A program made the translations under genes and the position numbers. From Eledone cirrhosa (Eukaryota), in assembly GCA_964016885.1 (NCBI GenBank), contig OZ024740.1, positions 210,490,001 to 210,554,000 on the forward strand: a DNA stretch of 64,000 bases. The letters run 5' to 3'. Below the pieces are notes generated by a model. It had not been told where the DNA came from, made no database searches, and worked only from the letters and a program-made list of their open reading frames with translations. Below are positions 28,000-38,932 of this stretch, in pieces (within the stretch, counting starts at the first letter, position 1; every line of letters begins with the position of its first letter).

Positions 28000-28660
28000 C
28001 ATCATCATCAACAATGTTTAACGTCTATCTTCCACGCTAGCATGGGTTTAGATGGGAATTGTCCCACTTGAGGCAAGATTGGTTGTCTCGCTCGTATTGG
28101 TCTGTCTGGCAGGTTGTCTACGGCTGGATGCCCTTCCTAACACCAACCACGTTTACAATGTGCACTGAGAGGTTTTTACCGTGTTACCTACACGGCCACA
28201 TTACAGCGTGGACTGTGTTTTTTTTTAGAGAAAAGGGTGTTGGTGGGGATGGGGGAGTTGGGGTAGTGGGATGGGGTGTATATTTGGTTAAGAGGTGCCT
28301 ACTGACTGTAGGTTTCGCTTTGTACTTAGGCAAGGCAGGTCTTCTGTATTACTGCGTAGCGCCAAAGATCTCGGTCCAGTGACATTGTTTTAGAGAGGTG
28401 TAAGTGTGTAAGGTCGGAATTTATCAAATCGTCCCAGGTTTTTCTGGGTCTGCCTACTTCGTAACTTCCATCAATTTTGATCGCCCTGCACTTTTTTATA
28501 CAGCTGTTGTCTTTCATGCGCATCACGTGACCATACCAATGTAGTCTTCTCTCGAGTAAACAGCATCTGATCCCTCTTATTCCTAATTTCTCACTTAGTT
28601 CATTTATGCTTTGCTGTTCACGTATATTACTATTACACATCCTCTGCACACAATGCCCAT
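28000..28660 (-). mobile_element. RTE LINE 3' end (ORF C-terminus, 3' UTR and (GAT)n tail)
   Basis: RRLHWYGHVMRM...GRPRKTWDDLI...DRDLWR; near-identical to 39120-39230 where they overlap. Confidence 0.9.
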
Positions 28661-28710
28661 GTCTCACTGCCTTTCCTGTTTTTATATTTGAAAACAAAGT
28701 TCTTTACACA

Positions 28711-28744
<34 letters not shown>

Positions 28745-29090
28745 GAGGCACATGGCTTAGTGGTTAGAGCATTGGCCTTGCAATTGAAAGGTTGTGAGTT
28801 CAATTCTCAGACCGGATGGTGTGTTGTTTCCTTGAGCAAGACACTTTATTTCACATTGCTCAAGTTTACTCAGCTGTAGAAATGAGATGATAGGGACTGG
28901 GGTTCATATCATTCCACTGCAAAGTGGTCGTGGAGGTGCCACGGCCAAAAAAGCACCCAGCACTCACTGTAAATGAGGTTGGTGTTAGGAAGGGCATCCA
29001 GCTGTAGAAATCAAGCCAGCATCAGTTCCCGTCCCACCCTTGCAAGCAGGGAAAAGCGGACGTAAAATGAAATGAATGAAAGGAAATGAT
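28745..29090 (+). mobile_element. tRNA-derived CORE-like SINE family B with RTE-type tail
   Basis: A box tggcttagtgg, B box gagttcaattc, CORE-like tccttgagcaagacacttt...cagctgtagaaatg, tail ggtgttaggaagggcatcc...ggacgtaaaatga. Confidence 0.87.
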
Positions 29091-29140
29091 ATATATATAA
29101 AAGAAAGTTAGGCTTTTTAAAATGTCTCCCACGGGTAAAA

Positions 29141-29379
29141 ATATAAGGAAAAGAAATTGAAAATGCAACTGGAGTCTTTTAAGAATATTTATTTACTTTA
29201 CCAGTTTCACAGTTTTTATGATTATCAAAAGTAAAATTGAGCTGGAAGGTTTGTGTTTCTGTTACCACAACCCTCCATCGCAATTTTACTTTTGATAATC
29301 ATAAGAACTGTGAAACTGGTAAAGTAAATAAATATTCTTAAAAGACTCCAGTTGTATTTTCAATTTCTTTTCCTTATAT
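29141..29379. repeat. Long inverted repeat: 99-bp arms, 41-bp spacer
   Basis: 29141-29239 is the near-perfect reverse complement of 29281-29379. Confidence 0.92.
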
Positions 29380-29892
29380 ATAAGTATGAAAATATCATGT
29401 TTATTCAAGGTGCATGGAATTGATAGCTCATCAGACTGAGGGATGTGTGGAGGGATAAATGTGTGTATGTACATATGTATGTATATATGTACGTATGTAT
29501 GTGTGTACGTATGCATGTGTATATATATATATGTATGTGTGTATGTATGTATGTGTATATGTGTGTATATATGTATCTGTATATGTGTGTATGTATGTGT
29601 ATATGTATGTATATATATGTATATGTGTATGTATGTATGTGTATATGTGTGTATGTATGTTCTGGTAGTTGGTTCACAATTGTAAGTTGATAAGTTGGAA
29701 TGCTGGTATCATGTATCCTTCAGCAAGACACTTTACTTCACATTGCTCCAGTCAACCCAGCTACAAATAATAATAATATACTAGTAATTCAAAGAGCCAG
29801 CCTTATCCCACACAATGCCATGCTGATTCTCCCTGAGAATTATGTCATGGGCAGACATGTTTGTTGTATGCTCAGCAGCCGAGTTGCCTTGT

Positions 29893-32035
29893 GGTATGTG
29901 TTCCAGCGGTATGTGTTCCAGCGGTATGTGTTCCAGCAGTATGTGTTCCAGCGGTATGTGTTCCAGCGGTATGTGTTCCAGCGGTATGTGTTCCAGTGGT
30001 ATGTGTTCTAGCAGTATGTGTTCCAGTAGTATGTGTTCCAGCGGTATGTGTTCCAGCGGTATGTGTTCCAGCGGTATGTGTTCCAGATGTATGTGTTCCA
30101 GCGGTATGTGTTCCAGCAGTATGTGTTCCAGCAGTATGTGTTCCAGCAGTATGTGTTCCAGCGGTATGTGTTCCAGTGGTATGTGTTCTAGCAGTATGTG
30201 TTCCAGCGGTATGTGTTCCAGTGGTATGTGTTCTAGCAGTATGTGTTCCAGCAGTATGTGTTCCAGCAGTATGTGTTCCAGCGGTATGTGTTCCAGTGGT
30301 ATGTGTTCTAGCAGTATGTGTTCCAGCAGTATGTGTTCCAGCAGTATGTGTTCCAGCGGTATGTGTTCCAGTGGTATGTGTTCTAGCAGTATGTGTTCCA
30401 GCAGTATGTGTTCCAGCAGTATGTGTTCCAGCGGTATGTGTTCCAGTGGTATGTGTTCTAGCAGTATGTGTTCCAGCAGTATGTGTTCCAGCAGTATGTG
30501 TTCCAGCGGTATGTGTTCCAGTGGTATGTGTTCTAGCAGTATGTGTTCCAGCAGTATGTGTTCCAGCGGTATGTGTTCCAGTGGTATGTGTTCTAGCAGT
30601 ATGTGTTCCAGCAGTATGTGTTCCAGCAGTATGTGTTCCAGCGGTATGTGTTCCAGTGGTATGTGTTCTAGCAGTATGTGTTCCAGCAGTATGTGTTCCA
30701 GCGGTATGTGTTCCAGTGGTATGTGTTCTAGCAGTATGTGTTCCAGCAGTATGTGTTCCAGCAGTATGTGTTCCAGCGGTATGTGTTCCAGTGGTATGTG
30801 TTCTAGCAGTATGTGTTCCAGCAGTATGTGTTCCAGCGGTATGTGTTCCAGTGGTATGTGTTCTAGCAGTATGTGTTCCAGCAGTATGTGTTCCAGCAGT
30901 ATGTGTTCCAGCGGTATGTGTTCCAGTGGTATGTGTTCTAGCAGTATGTGTTCCAGCAGTATGTGTTCCAGCAGTATGTGTTCCAGCGGTATGTGTTCCA
31001 GTGGTATGTGTTCTAGCAGTATGTGTTCCAGCAGTATGTGTTCCAGCGGTATGTGTTCCAGTGGTATGTGTTCTAGCAGTATGTGTTCCAGCAGTATGTG
31101 TTCCAGCAGTATGTGTTCCAGCGGTATGTGTTCCAGTGGTATGTGTTCTAGCAGTATGTGTTCCAGCGGTATGTGTTCCAGTGGTATGTGTTCTAGCAGT
31201 ATGTGTTCCAGCAGTATGTGTTCCAGCGGTATGTGTTCCAGTGGTATGTGTTCTAGCAGTATGTGTTCCAGCAGTATGTGTTCCAGCAGTATGTGTTCCA
31301 GCGGTATGTGTTCCAGTGGTATGTGTTCTAGCAGTATGTGTTCCAGCAGTATGTGTTCCAGCGGTATGTGTTCCAGTGGTATGTGTTCTAGCAGTATGTG
31401 TTCCAGCAGTATGTGTTCCAGCAGTATGTGTTCCAGCGGTATGTGTTCCAGTGGTATGTGTTCTAGCAGTATGTGTTCCAGCAGTATGTGTTCCAGCGGT
31501 ATGTGTTCCAGTGGTATGTGTTCTAGCAGTATGTGTTCCAGCAGTATGTGTTCCAGCGGTATGTGTTCCAGTGGTATGTGTTCTAGCAGTATGTGTTCCA
31601 GTAGTATGTATTCCAGCAGTATGTGTTCCAGCGGTATGTGTTCCAGTGGTATGTGTTCTAGCAGTATGTGTTCCAGCAGTATGTATTCCAGCGGTATGTG
31701 TTCCAGCGGTATGTGTTCCAGCAGTATGTGTTCCAGCAGTATGTGTTCCAGCGGTATGTGTTCCAGTGGTATGTGTTCCAGTGGTATGTGTTCCAGTAGT
31801 ATGTGTTCCAGCGGTATGTGTTCCAGTGGTATGTGTTCTAGCAGTATGTGTTCCAGTAGTATGTGTTCCAGCGGTATGTGTTCCAGCGGTATGTGTTCCA
31901 GTGGTATGTGTTCCAGCGGTATGTGTTCCAGATGTATGTGTTCCAGCGGTATGTGTTCCAGATGTATGTGTTCCAGCGGTATGTGTTCCAGATGTATGTG
32001 TTCCAGGTGTATGTGTTCCAGGTATATGTGTTCCA
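29893..32035. repeat. 15-bp minisatellite (gtatgtgttccagcg)n with 60/75-bp higher-order pattern
   Basis: About 143 copies; variants ccagcg/ccagtg/ctagca/ccagca cycle regularly; explains four ~730-760 aa ORFs. Confidence 0.97.
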
Positions 32036-32495
32036 AGTTCAAACTCCATTGTGGTCTACTAGGGTTTTATCACTACCACCTGACTTTCAGTGACCTATCA
32101 TATATACTGGAATATAAGCCAAGGAATATTTGACCAAAAAAAAAAAATCAATGGTAAAATGGGGAGGCAGCTTATATAGACCATCTAAATGATGTATTGA
32201 TTAGCTGCCTCAGCTTATAAACAGGGGTTTGGATATTTGCCCATTTCTCAGACATAAAATAAGTGGGAGGGGTGATAGACTTATATTCAGATCAGCTTAT
32301 ATTTGAGTATATATGGTATGGAATGTCCACTCTGTTGTAAGCATTTAGACCAGGTCTCTGGTTTGAGGGATTCTCCTTCCCTCTAAACCATCTCTGTGGC
32401 TAAAGGTCCTACAGATAAGAACAGTGATGATATATGCTTCACTCTCTCTCTCTACAAAATTACAGGCATTATAGAAAGATACTCCCTTAAAGTGT

Positions 32496-33000
32496 CATCT
32501 ATATATCTAAAACAGAGAATGTCTGTCTGTCCGATCACTAAAACTTCAGAACCACCCAACCGATTGTTTTCAAACTTTACACATGTAATACTTATGGTCC
32601 TGTGAGTGTTTTGGGCAAAACATATTTCAAATTTTCAATGCCCTAGGGACCGCATTAGGTGATTTAGCGATATCTCTCTATAATTCTTAGCCTTTCTCTT
32701 TTTAGATAGATACATATATATAACGTTGCACCCTTATAACATCTGTCTGTATGTCTGGCTGTCTGCATTACGTCATTATGACGTGGTGTGTGTGTGTGTG
32801 TGTATATATGTATATATAGTGTGTGTGTGTGTGTATATATATATATAGTGTGTAACGTTTTTCAAAATATTTAATTCTGCGTTCACAGATTGATTTTTTT
32901 AAATTTTAGTTTCAGAAGATCCCATTAAGGGTGAAAGCAGCGATTCTTTGCTTAAACTTTAACCTGTTCCTTTAATATATATTATTATATATATATAATT
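32496..33000 (+). mobile_element. Possible non-autonomous Helitron/DINE-like element
   Basis: 5' atctatatatctaaaa...gtctgtctgtccgatcac...aaccgatt resembles Helitron-N/DINE heads; 3' end not identified. Confidence 0.35.
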
Positions 33001-33310
33001 ATATATTCGTGTACAGATATTTTTACATACACAATAACAAATTATAAACAAACGTATTTATTTCACAAGGCTCGATAAGGATAAATATATATCAAATATA
33101 TAAGAACCCTAGAGCAAATCCCGACCTTCTAAAAGAGTTACTCAAGAATCTAACAACAAAATTAAGTAATGAAAAACATTACTGAAATACTTCATATGTA
33201 AATATACTTTAGTTGTTGAAGTGACGTCCAAATGAGTATCTTGCACTACCAACTAACTTACTCTCCACCACTGGGCCCTGACCAACAGTGTGGAGAATAC
33301 ATTGCCCCAG

Positions 33311-34064
33311 GGGAGGGTGAGGGAGATGTGCTGAAACAGCCACTCCACCTCAGGGTCCTGGCCGATAGGATGGGGGGTGAGGGAGGTGTGCTGGAACAGC
33401 CACTCCACCTCAGGGTCCTGGCCGATAGGATGGAGGGTGAGGGAGGTGTGCTGGAACAGCCACTCCACCTCAGGGTCCTGGCCGATAGGATAGAAGGTGA
33501 GGGAGGTGTGCTGAAACAGCCACTCCACCTCAGGGTCCTGGCCGATAGGATGGAAGGTGAGGGAGGTGTGCTGAAACAGCCACTCCACCTCAGGGTCCTG
33601 GCCGATAGGATGGAGGGTGAGGGAGATGTGCTGGAACAGCCACTCCACCTCAGGGTCCTGGCCGATAGGATGGAAGGTGAGGGAGACATGCTGGAACAGC
33701 CACTCCACCTCAGGGTCCTTGCCGATAGGATGGAGGGTGAGGGAGGTGTGCTGGAACAGCCACTCCACCTCAGGGTCCTGGCCGATAGGATGGAGGGTGA
33801 GGGAGGTGTGCTGGAACAGCCACTCCACCTCAGGGTCCTTGCCGATAGGATGGAGGGTGAGGGAGGTGTGCTGGAACAGCCACTCCACCTCAGGGTCCTG
33901 GCCATTAGGATGGAGGGTGAGGGAGACGTGCTGGAACAGCCACTCCACCTCAGGGTCCTGGCCGATAGGATGGAGGGTGAGGGAGACGTGCTGGAACAGC
34001 CACTCCACCTCAGGGTCCTGGCCGATAGGATGGAGGGTGAGGGAGACGTGCTGGAACAGCCACT
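33311..34064. repeat. 60-bp minisatellite, ~12.5 copies
   Basis: Unit ggagggtgagggaggtgtgctggaacagccactccacctcagggtcctggccgataggat; derived from the 23150-type dispersed repeat. Confidence 0.95.
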
Positions 34065-34544
34065 CAATCTTGTAGGTATTTATTATGATAGAAATGATAA
34101 ACATCTGTAGAACATTCCATAGACTTGTTGACCATTTAGGACCTGGAGAACATAGGACATTTGACTGGGGGGGGGGGGGGGGTCCAGGGAGAGGTAGTGA
34201 AGCTTTTAAGATAGGTGGTGAGTTAAACACAAATATATAGCTAATAGGGTCAAGAAGGGTAGACATATGGGCATACACACACACACATATATATAAACAC
34301 ACCTGTGTGTATATATATATATATATTTGAGTTCTAGCACGTGGCCTGAATTCCTTTTAGAGTTCATTGTCATGCGCATGTATTGTTTTTTTTTTGCGGT
34401 AATTTACTTCCTCATTTTCGAATCAGTTTCAGCATTTCTTTAGAACTGCTGGACTAGCAACCTGACAGATACATGAGGCACTGATGATGATTATCGCTAA
34501 ATACTGATGTTAATTAGATTATCAATATTAGTATTATTGGGGCA

Positions 34545-34671
34545 CCCACTGATGAATTATAGGAGCCCACTTGAATATATATCTATTGATGGTATACAAG
34601 CTCCTACATAAATTGGTATAATTTCACCCAAATTGTAGGAATCCTATAATGAAACGAGACGTCCGTCTGGG
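34545..34671 (+). ncRNA. Type I hammerhead ribozyme motif with ~95-nt stem II domain
   Basis: Stem I ccca/tggg; CTGATGA 34549-34555; stem II attatagga/tcctataat (9 bp perfect); GAAA 34651-34654; stem III cg..cg with palindromic loop gacgtc; GUC at 34665-34667. Lies in a ~520-bp island between (TA)n tracts. Confidence 0.78.
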
Positions 34672-34842
34672 AAGAGATATATTCGGTATGTCTCATATGA
34701 AATAATACAGCCAATTTTCCATGCAATACTTTTAGTTAGCACCCCAAACGCTTAATTAGGAATATAATCACTTATTTCCTAATGTTTGTTGAGTGAGTTG
34801 GAATTTGGCCGGAGTATCGCTAAAAAGCTTTCTCCGATATTG

Positions 34843-34901
<59 letters not shown>

Positions 34902-34927
34902 GCAAGCATGGAAGATGGACGTTAAAC

Positions 34928-34997
<70 letters not shown>

Positions 34998-35648
34998 CAA
35001 AAAACAAAGCTTGTCCTACATCCTAAAGATCAAATACTTCAGTAGAACTGGAAACATGCAACACATTCCTAAAATTACTAATTGAAACTTGATGAAACAC
35101 ATGAGTAAACACACACAAAGAAACACACACACACAAACTCACCCACACAGAGAAACACAAAGACACAACTTGATATGAGTAAACACATACACACAAATAA
35201 ATGATGATTTAACATAAGCACAAGGCCTTATATTTGTAGAAGGGTGTACTTGATGTTGACTATACCAACAATGTGACTGGTACTTTATTTCATTGACCCC
35301 GGAGGAACCTGAACCCTAAATGTAAGGATTATATATACACACAGACATAGATATGCATATATGCAATAAAAGCACCCTGTACACGCTGTAAAGTGGTTGA
35401 TGTTAGGGAGGGCATCCAGCCATAGAAAGCTAACAAGGGGTTAGGAGCACCCTCCAGTTTGTGTCAAAAGACATGACAACTTCTCCTCTGCACTCTATAT
35501 GACGGTACGTAAGCGGGATACAGACCCCTTGGCATCTCTGGGAGATCAGTAACCCCGCTTCAGTACTGACTTGGTCTATGTGGACCCGTCCAACTAATAG
35601 GGAAAGAGAATGTTAAATGATGTTGATGATGATGGTGGATGATGGTGG

Positions 35649-35679
<31 letters not shown>

Positions 35680-35704
35680 CGTGCGTGTGTGTGTATGTAT
35701 GTAG

Positions 35705-35743
<39 letters not shown>

Positions 35744-36100
35744 TACAAGCATACAAATGGAGACAATATTGAGTTTGAGAGGATTCTTCAGCCTAGCCAA
35801 ACATATGATGACCTCTCAAGCTGTACAATAAAATGCACCCAGTCCATCCTGTGAAGTGTTAATGCTGGTAGCATGATAAAATGCACAACGCAGTCTGTAA
35901 GGTGGGTGGCATTAAGAAGGGCATCCAGTTATAGAAACCATGGTGAATATAGAATGTATGATTAAGATAAGGTCACTCTGACCTGTCTGGTCTCAGGCTA
36001 TGACAGCCCATTCCACCCTTGTCAGCAGGCATAAAATGATGATGATGTATGTGTATATATATAATGTACGAAGCTAAATATTCAGCTTTTGAAGCACTGA

Positions 36101-36147
<47 letters not shown>

Positions 36148-37535
36148 TATAAAGAAAGTGCTGAGGCACGGAAATGCTATAAAATAGCTTATAAAATAGG
36201 GTGATGACCCTTAAAAGATAGAAAAAGGGGTTACCATCTTCACCTTATTTTATAAGCTATCTTTATAACATTTTTGCACTTTTTTAATACTTTATAGTGG
36301 GTACTGAGAGAATGGTTTCAGTCAATGGTATGGTCCCGTAACTCCTAAGAGAGTTGTAAGGGTGCCATAGAGGCATACAACATTTCTAGGGCATTTTAAG
36401 TCTGGTGGAGCCCATCCCTTTCCACATCTGAACCAGCAGATTTCTTCCAGAGAAGGTTTGAGGGTGAGTGAGAGAGATATAGAGGAAAAGATATGAAGGA
36501 AGAATCAACTCCAGTATTGAACTTTCAGTCAATACCTGAACATTAATAAGGAAGGAATATTGTCAACAGAATTAATGACAGTATATTACTGGTACATAAT
36601 GATCTCAGAAGAATATTAGAAACTGGCCTGCACAGTCAATAATCTGAAAGTGTTGTCTACACTATAACTAAATATCACAAGACATTCCACTGTTTCTAGC
36701 ATCTATCAAATTTGGAAAACGATATAGTGAACAATGTAGTCCCTGATATACCAAAAACTGTGATGGTCACAGCAGGAACAGTTTAGATCATAAAGATTGT
36801 GTACCAGTTAAGTACTGGAGCCAATTCTTCTCTATTCTCTCTCGTTCACTTTCTGGAAGAAATGAGTTGTGTTCAGACGTGGTAAGGGATGGGGTCTGCT
36901 AGCTTTTAATGTCACAATGGTGCTTCTGTGGCTCCATCTGAACTTAAAGGCTTTTCAATGGATGATATGTTTACTAGAAACAGCAGCCATCTCTCTCTTT
37001 TATCATATACAATGTCTGGAAAGGTGAGATAACCAGGATAGGAACATGTTTGATTATATGTCAGCTGGACTGAGTCTGACAACTAAAATATATTAACAAG
37101 TATAACAGAAGAATGTTCTGCAGGTTGTCTGAAGATGGTAGTAACAGAATGATGGTTGACCACTGTAGTGTGCTGACCTTAATGAGAGAGAGATGAAAAG
37201 GGAGGTAATCATTGCTTCTATTTCCTATGACTGGTGTGTGTGTCTGTGTGTCTGTAATATAGGATTGTGTAGGTATATAAATGTGCAAGTGTGTACAGAC
37301 ACGGTAATTGTACGCAATTAAAGAAAACAATTCCATGATCAACTGATATCACACACACACATATGTTAATTAAGTATGTAACAACAGTTATAGGTGGCGT
37401 GCCATTCAAAGCACTCAATGCTGTTACGAGTTCCGTTTCGTTTTGGTTGTATTCCAGTGTTACGGCTGTAGTGTGCAGAGTGTAAATAGATTTAAACTCT
37501 TTTATATCTATATCTTTCTATTTATATATATATAA

Positions 37536-37916
37536 GGAGACGCATGGCTTAGTGGTTAGAGCATTGGGCTTGCAATCGAAAGGTTGTGAGTTCAATTCTC
37601 AGACCGGGTGATGTGTTGTTTCCTTAAGCAAGACACTTCATTTCACATTGCTCCAGTTTACTCAGCTGTAAAAATGAGATGATAGGGACTGGGGTCCCTA
37701 TCATTCCACTGCAAAGTGGTCGTGGAGGTGTCACGGCAAAAAAGCACCCAGCCCACACTGTAAAGTGGATGTGTAGGCACCACGGAAAAAAAGCACCTAG
37801 CACTCACTGTAAATGAGGTTGGTGTTAGGAAGGGCATCCAGCTGTAGAAATCAAGCCAGAATCAGTTCCCGTCCCACCCTTGCAAGCAGGGAAAAGTGGA
37901 CGTAAAATGATGATGA
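37536..37916 (+). mobile_element. SINE family B (CORE-like), with internal duplication
   Basis: Near-identical to the 28745 copy; (TGA)n tail. Confidence 0.87.
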
Positions 37917-37933
37917 TATATATATATATATAT

Positions 37934-38791
37934 AATTGAAAGATAAGTATTTACTCTTAATTTTATTCTGAGTTAAGATTCTATTGGTTTTTTTCCCTGG
38001 ATTACACAAAATCTGTGGATAAAATTTGTCTTGACTTTTTTTTGAATTGGGATTGAATTATTTTCCCATATCTTACTTTAAATATTTTCCATCTTGACGT
38101 AATAGTCACTTATATGTATGAATTACTGTTGGCTTCTTGCTGACATTAATTTCTCTATTTTCATTTATATTTATAGTCAGAATTTTTCCTAGAGTGCTTA
38201 AAATTATTTGTGACTAATCCCGTTTTTTTTTTAAAAAAAACCGCGATAATATTGCTTTATGCTGAACTCCATATCTTTTGTTGAGTTTTTTTCAAAATGT
38301 TTTGACTGCTGTTTCTTGTAAACAGTCATTCGTCTCATTCTGATGTCACTAGCCCTGTTCTCCATTTGTTTTATCTTAATTCCACACGAGGTGTAACTAG
38401 CCTGTTTTTAAATTCCCTTCTGGTATAATTTAGTAGTGGTTTTGGTTATCGTGTTGAGTTCTACTGATGAATGGCTCCAACCGTGACTAACCCCACTGAA
38501 AAGTTTCGTGAAATAGTCTTTTTAAGACTATATAGAGCATTTGTAGATTTTTCCAAATTGAAGGATAAGTATTTACTCTTAATTTTATTCTGAGTTAAGA
38601 TTCTATTGGTTTTTTTCCCTGGATTACACAAAATCTGTGGATAAAATCTTTGTCTTGACTTTTTTTTTTGAATTGGGATTGAAGTATTTTCCCATATCTT
38701 ACGTTAAATATTTTCCATCTTGACGTAATAGTCACTTATATGTATGAATTACTGTTGGCTTCTTGCTCACATTAATTTCTCTATTTTCATT

Positions 38792-38796
<5 letters not shown>
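37934..38796 (+). mobile_element. Hammerhead-bearing non-coding element, ~1.4 tandem copies of a 622-bp unit (Penelope pLTR/retrozyme-like)
   Basis: Direct repeats 37934-38170 and 38556-38796, offset 622 bp; hammerhead between them; (TA)n on both sides; no long ORF. Confidence 0.75.
38458..38538 (+). ncRNA. Type I hammerhead ribozyme motif
   Basis: Stem I gttcta/tagagc; CTGATGA 38464-38470; stem II atgg..tcgt; GAAA 38510-38513; stem III tagtctt-ttt-aagacta; AUA triplet, predicted cut after 38532. Confidence 0.8.
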
Positions 38797-38842
<46 letters not shown>

Positions 38843-38932
38843 AGAGAGATAGAGAGATATAGTTAATAAATTAAACAAAGCAGAGGAGGTAATTTTACAG
38901 TTATATTAGGTTCATGTGTTTATATATATATA

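Noticed and set aside
28745-28820. tRNA gene
   Set aside because: A and B boxes belong to a SINE head that continues into core and tail; the same applies to the other copies.
29395-29440. Minus-strand CTGATGA (also at ~7095 and ~45787)
   Set aside because: No correctly placed GAAA or flanking stems; chance heptamers.
29781-32133. Four 725-763 aa repeat ORFs, including a mucin- or antifreeze-like GTHTA frame
   Set aside because: 15-bp unit open in four frames; no signal peptide or convincing splice sites.
33253-34302. 60-bp array as a Ser/Pro/Thr-rich stalk exon (gtaagt donor at ~33254-33259)
   Set aside because: The frame that would join the phase-1 transmembrane exon has a TGA in every unit, and the unit derives from a dispersed repeat.
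36535-36990. Possible minus-strand exons (acceptor-like sites at ~36645 and ~36975)
   Set aside because: The first has stops in all three frames; the second acceptor overlaps a dispersed-repeat motif (gctgtttctag) and I found no donor for it.
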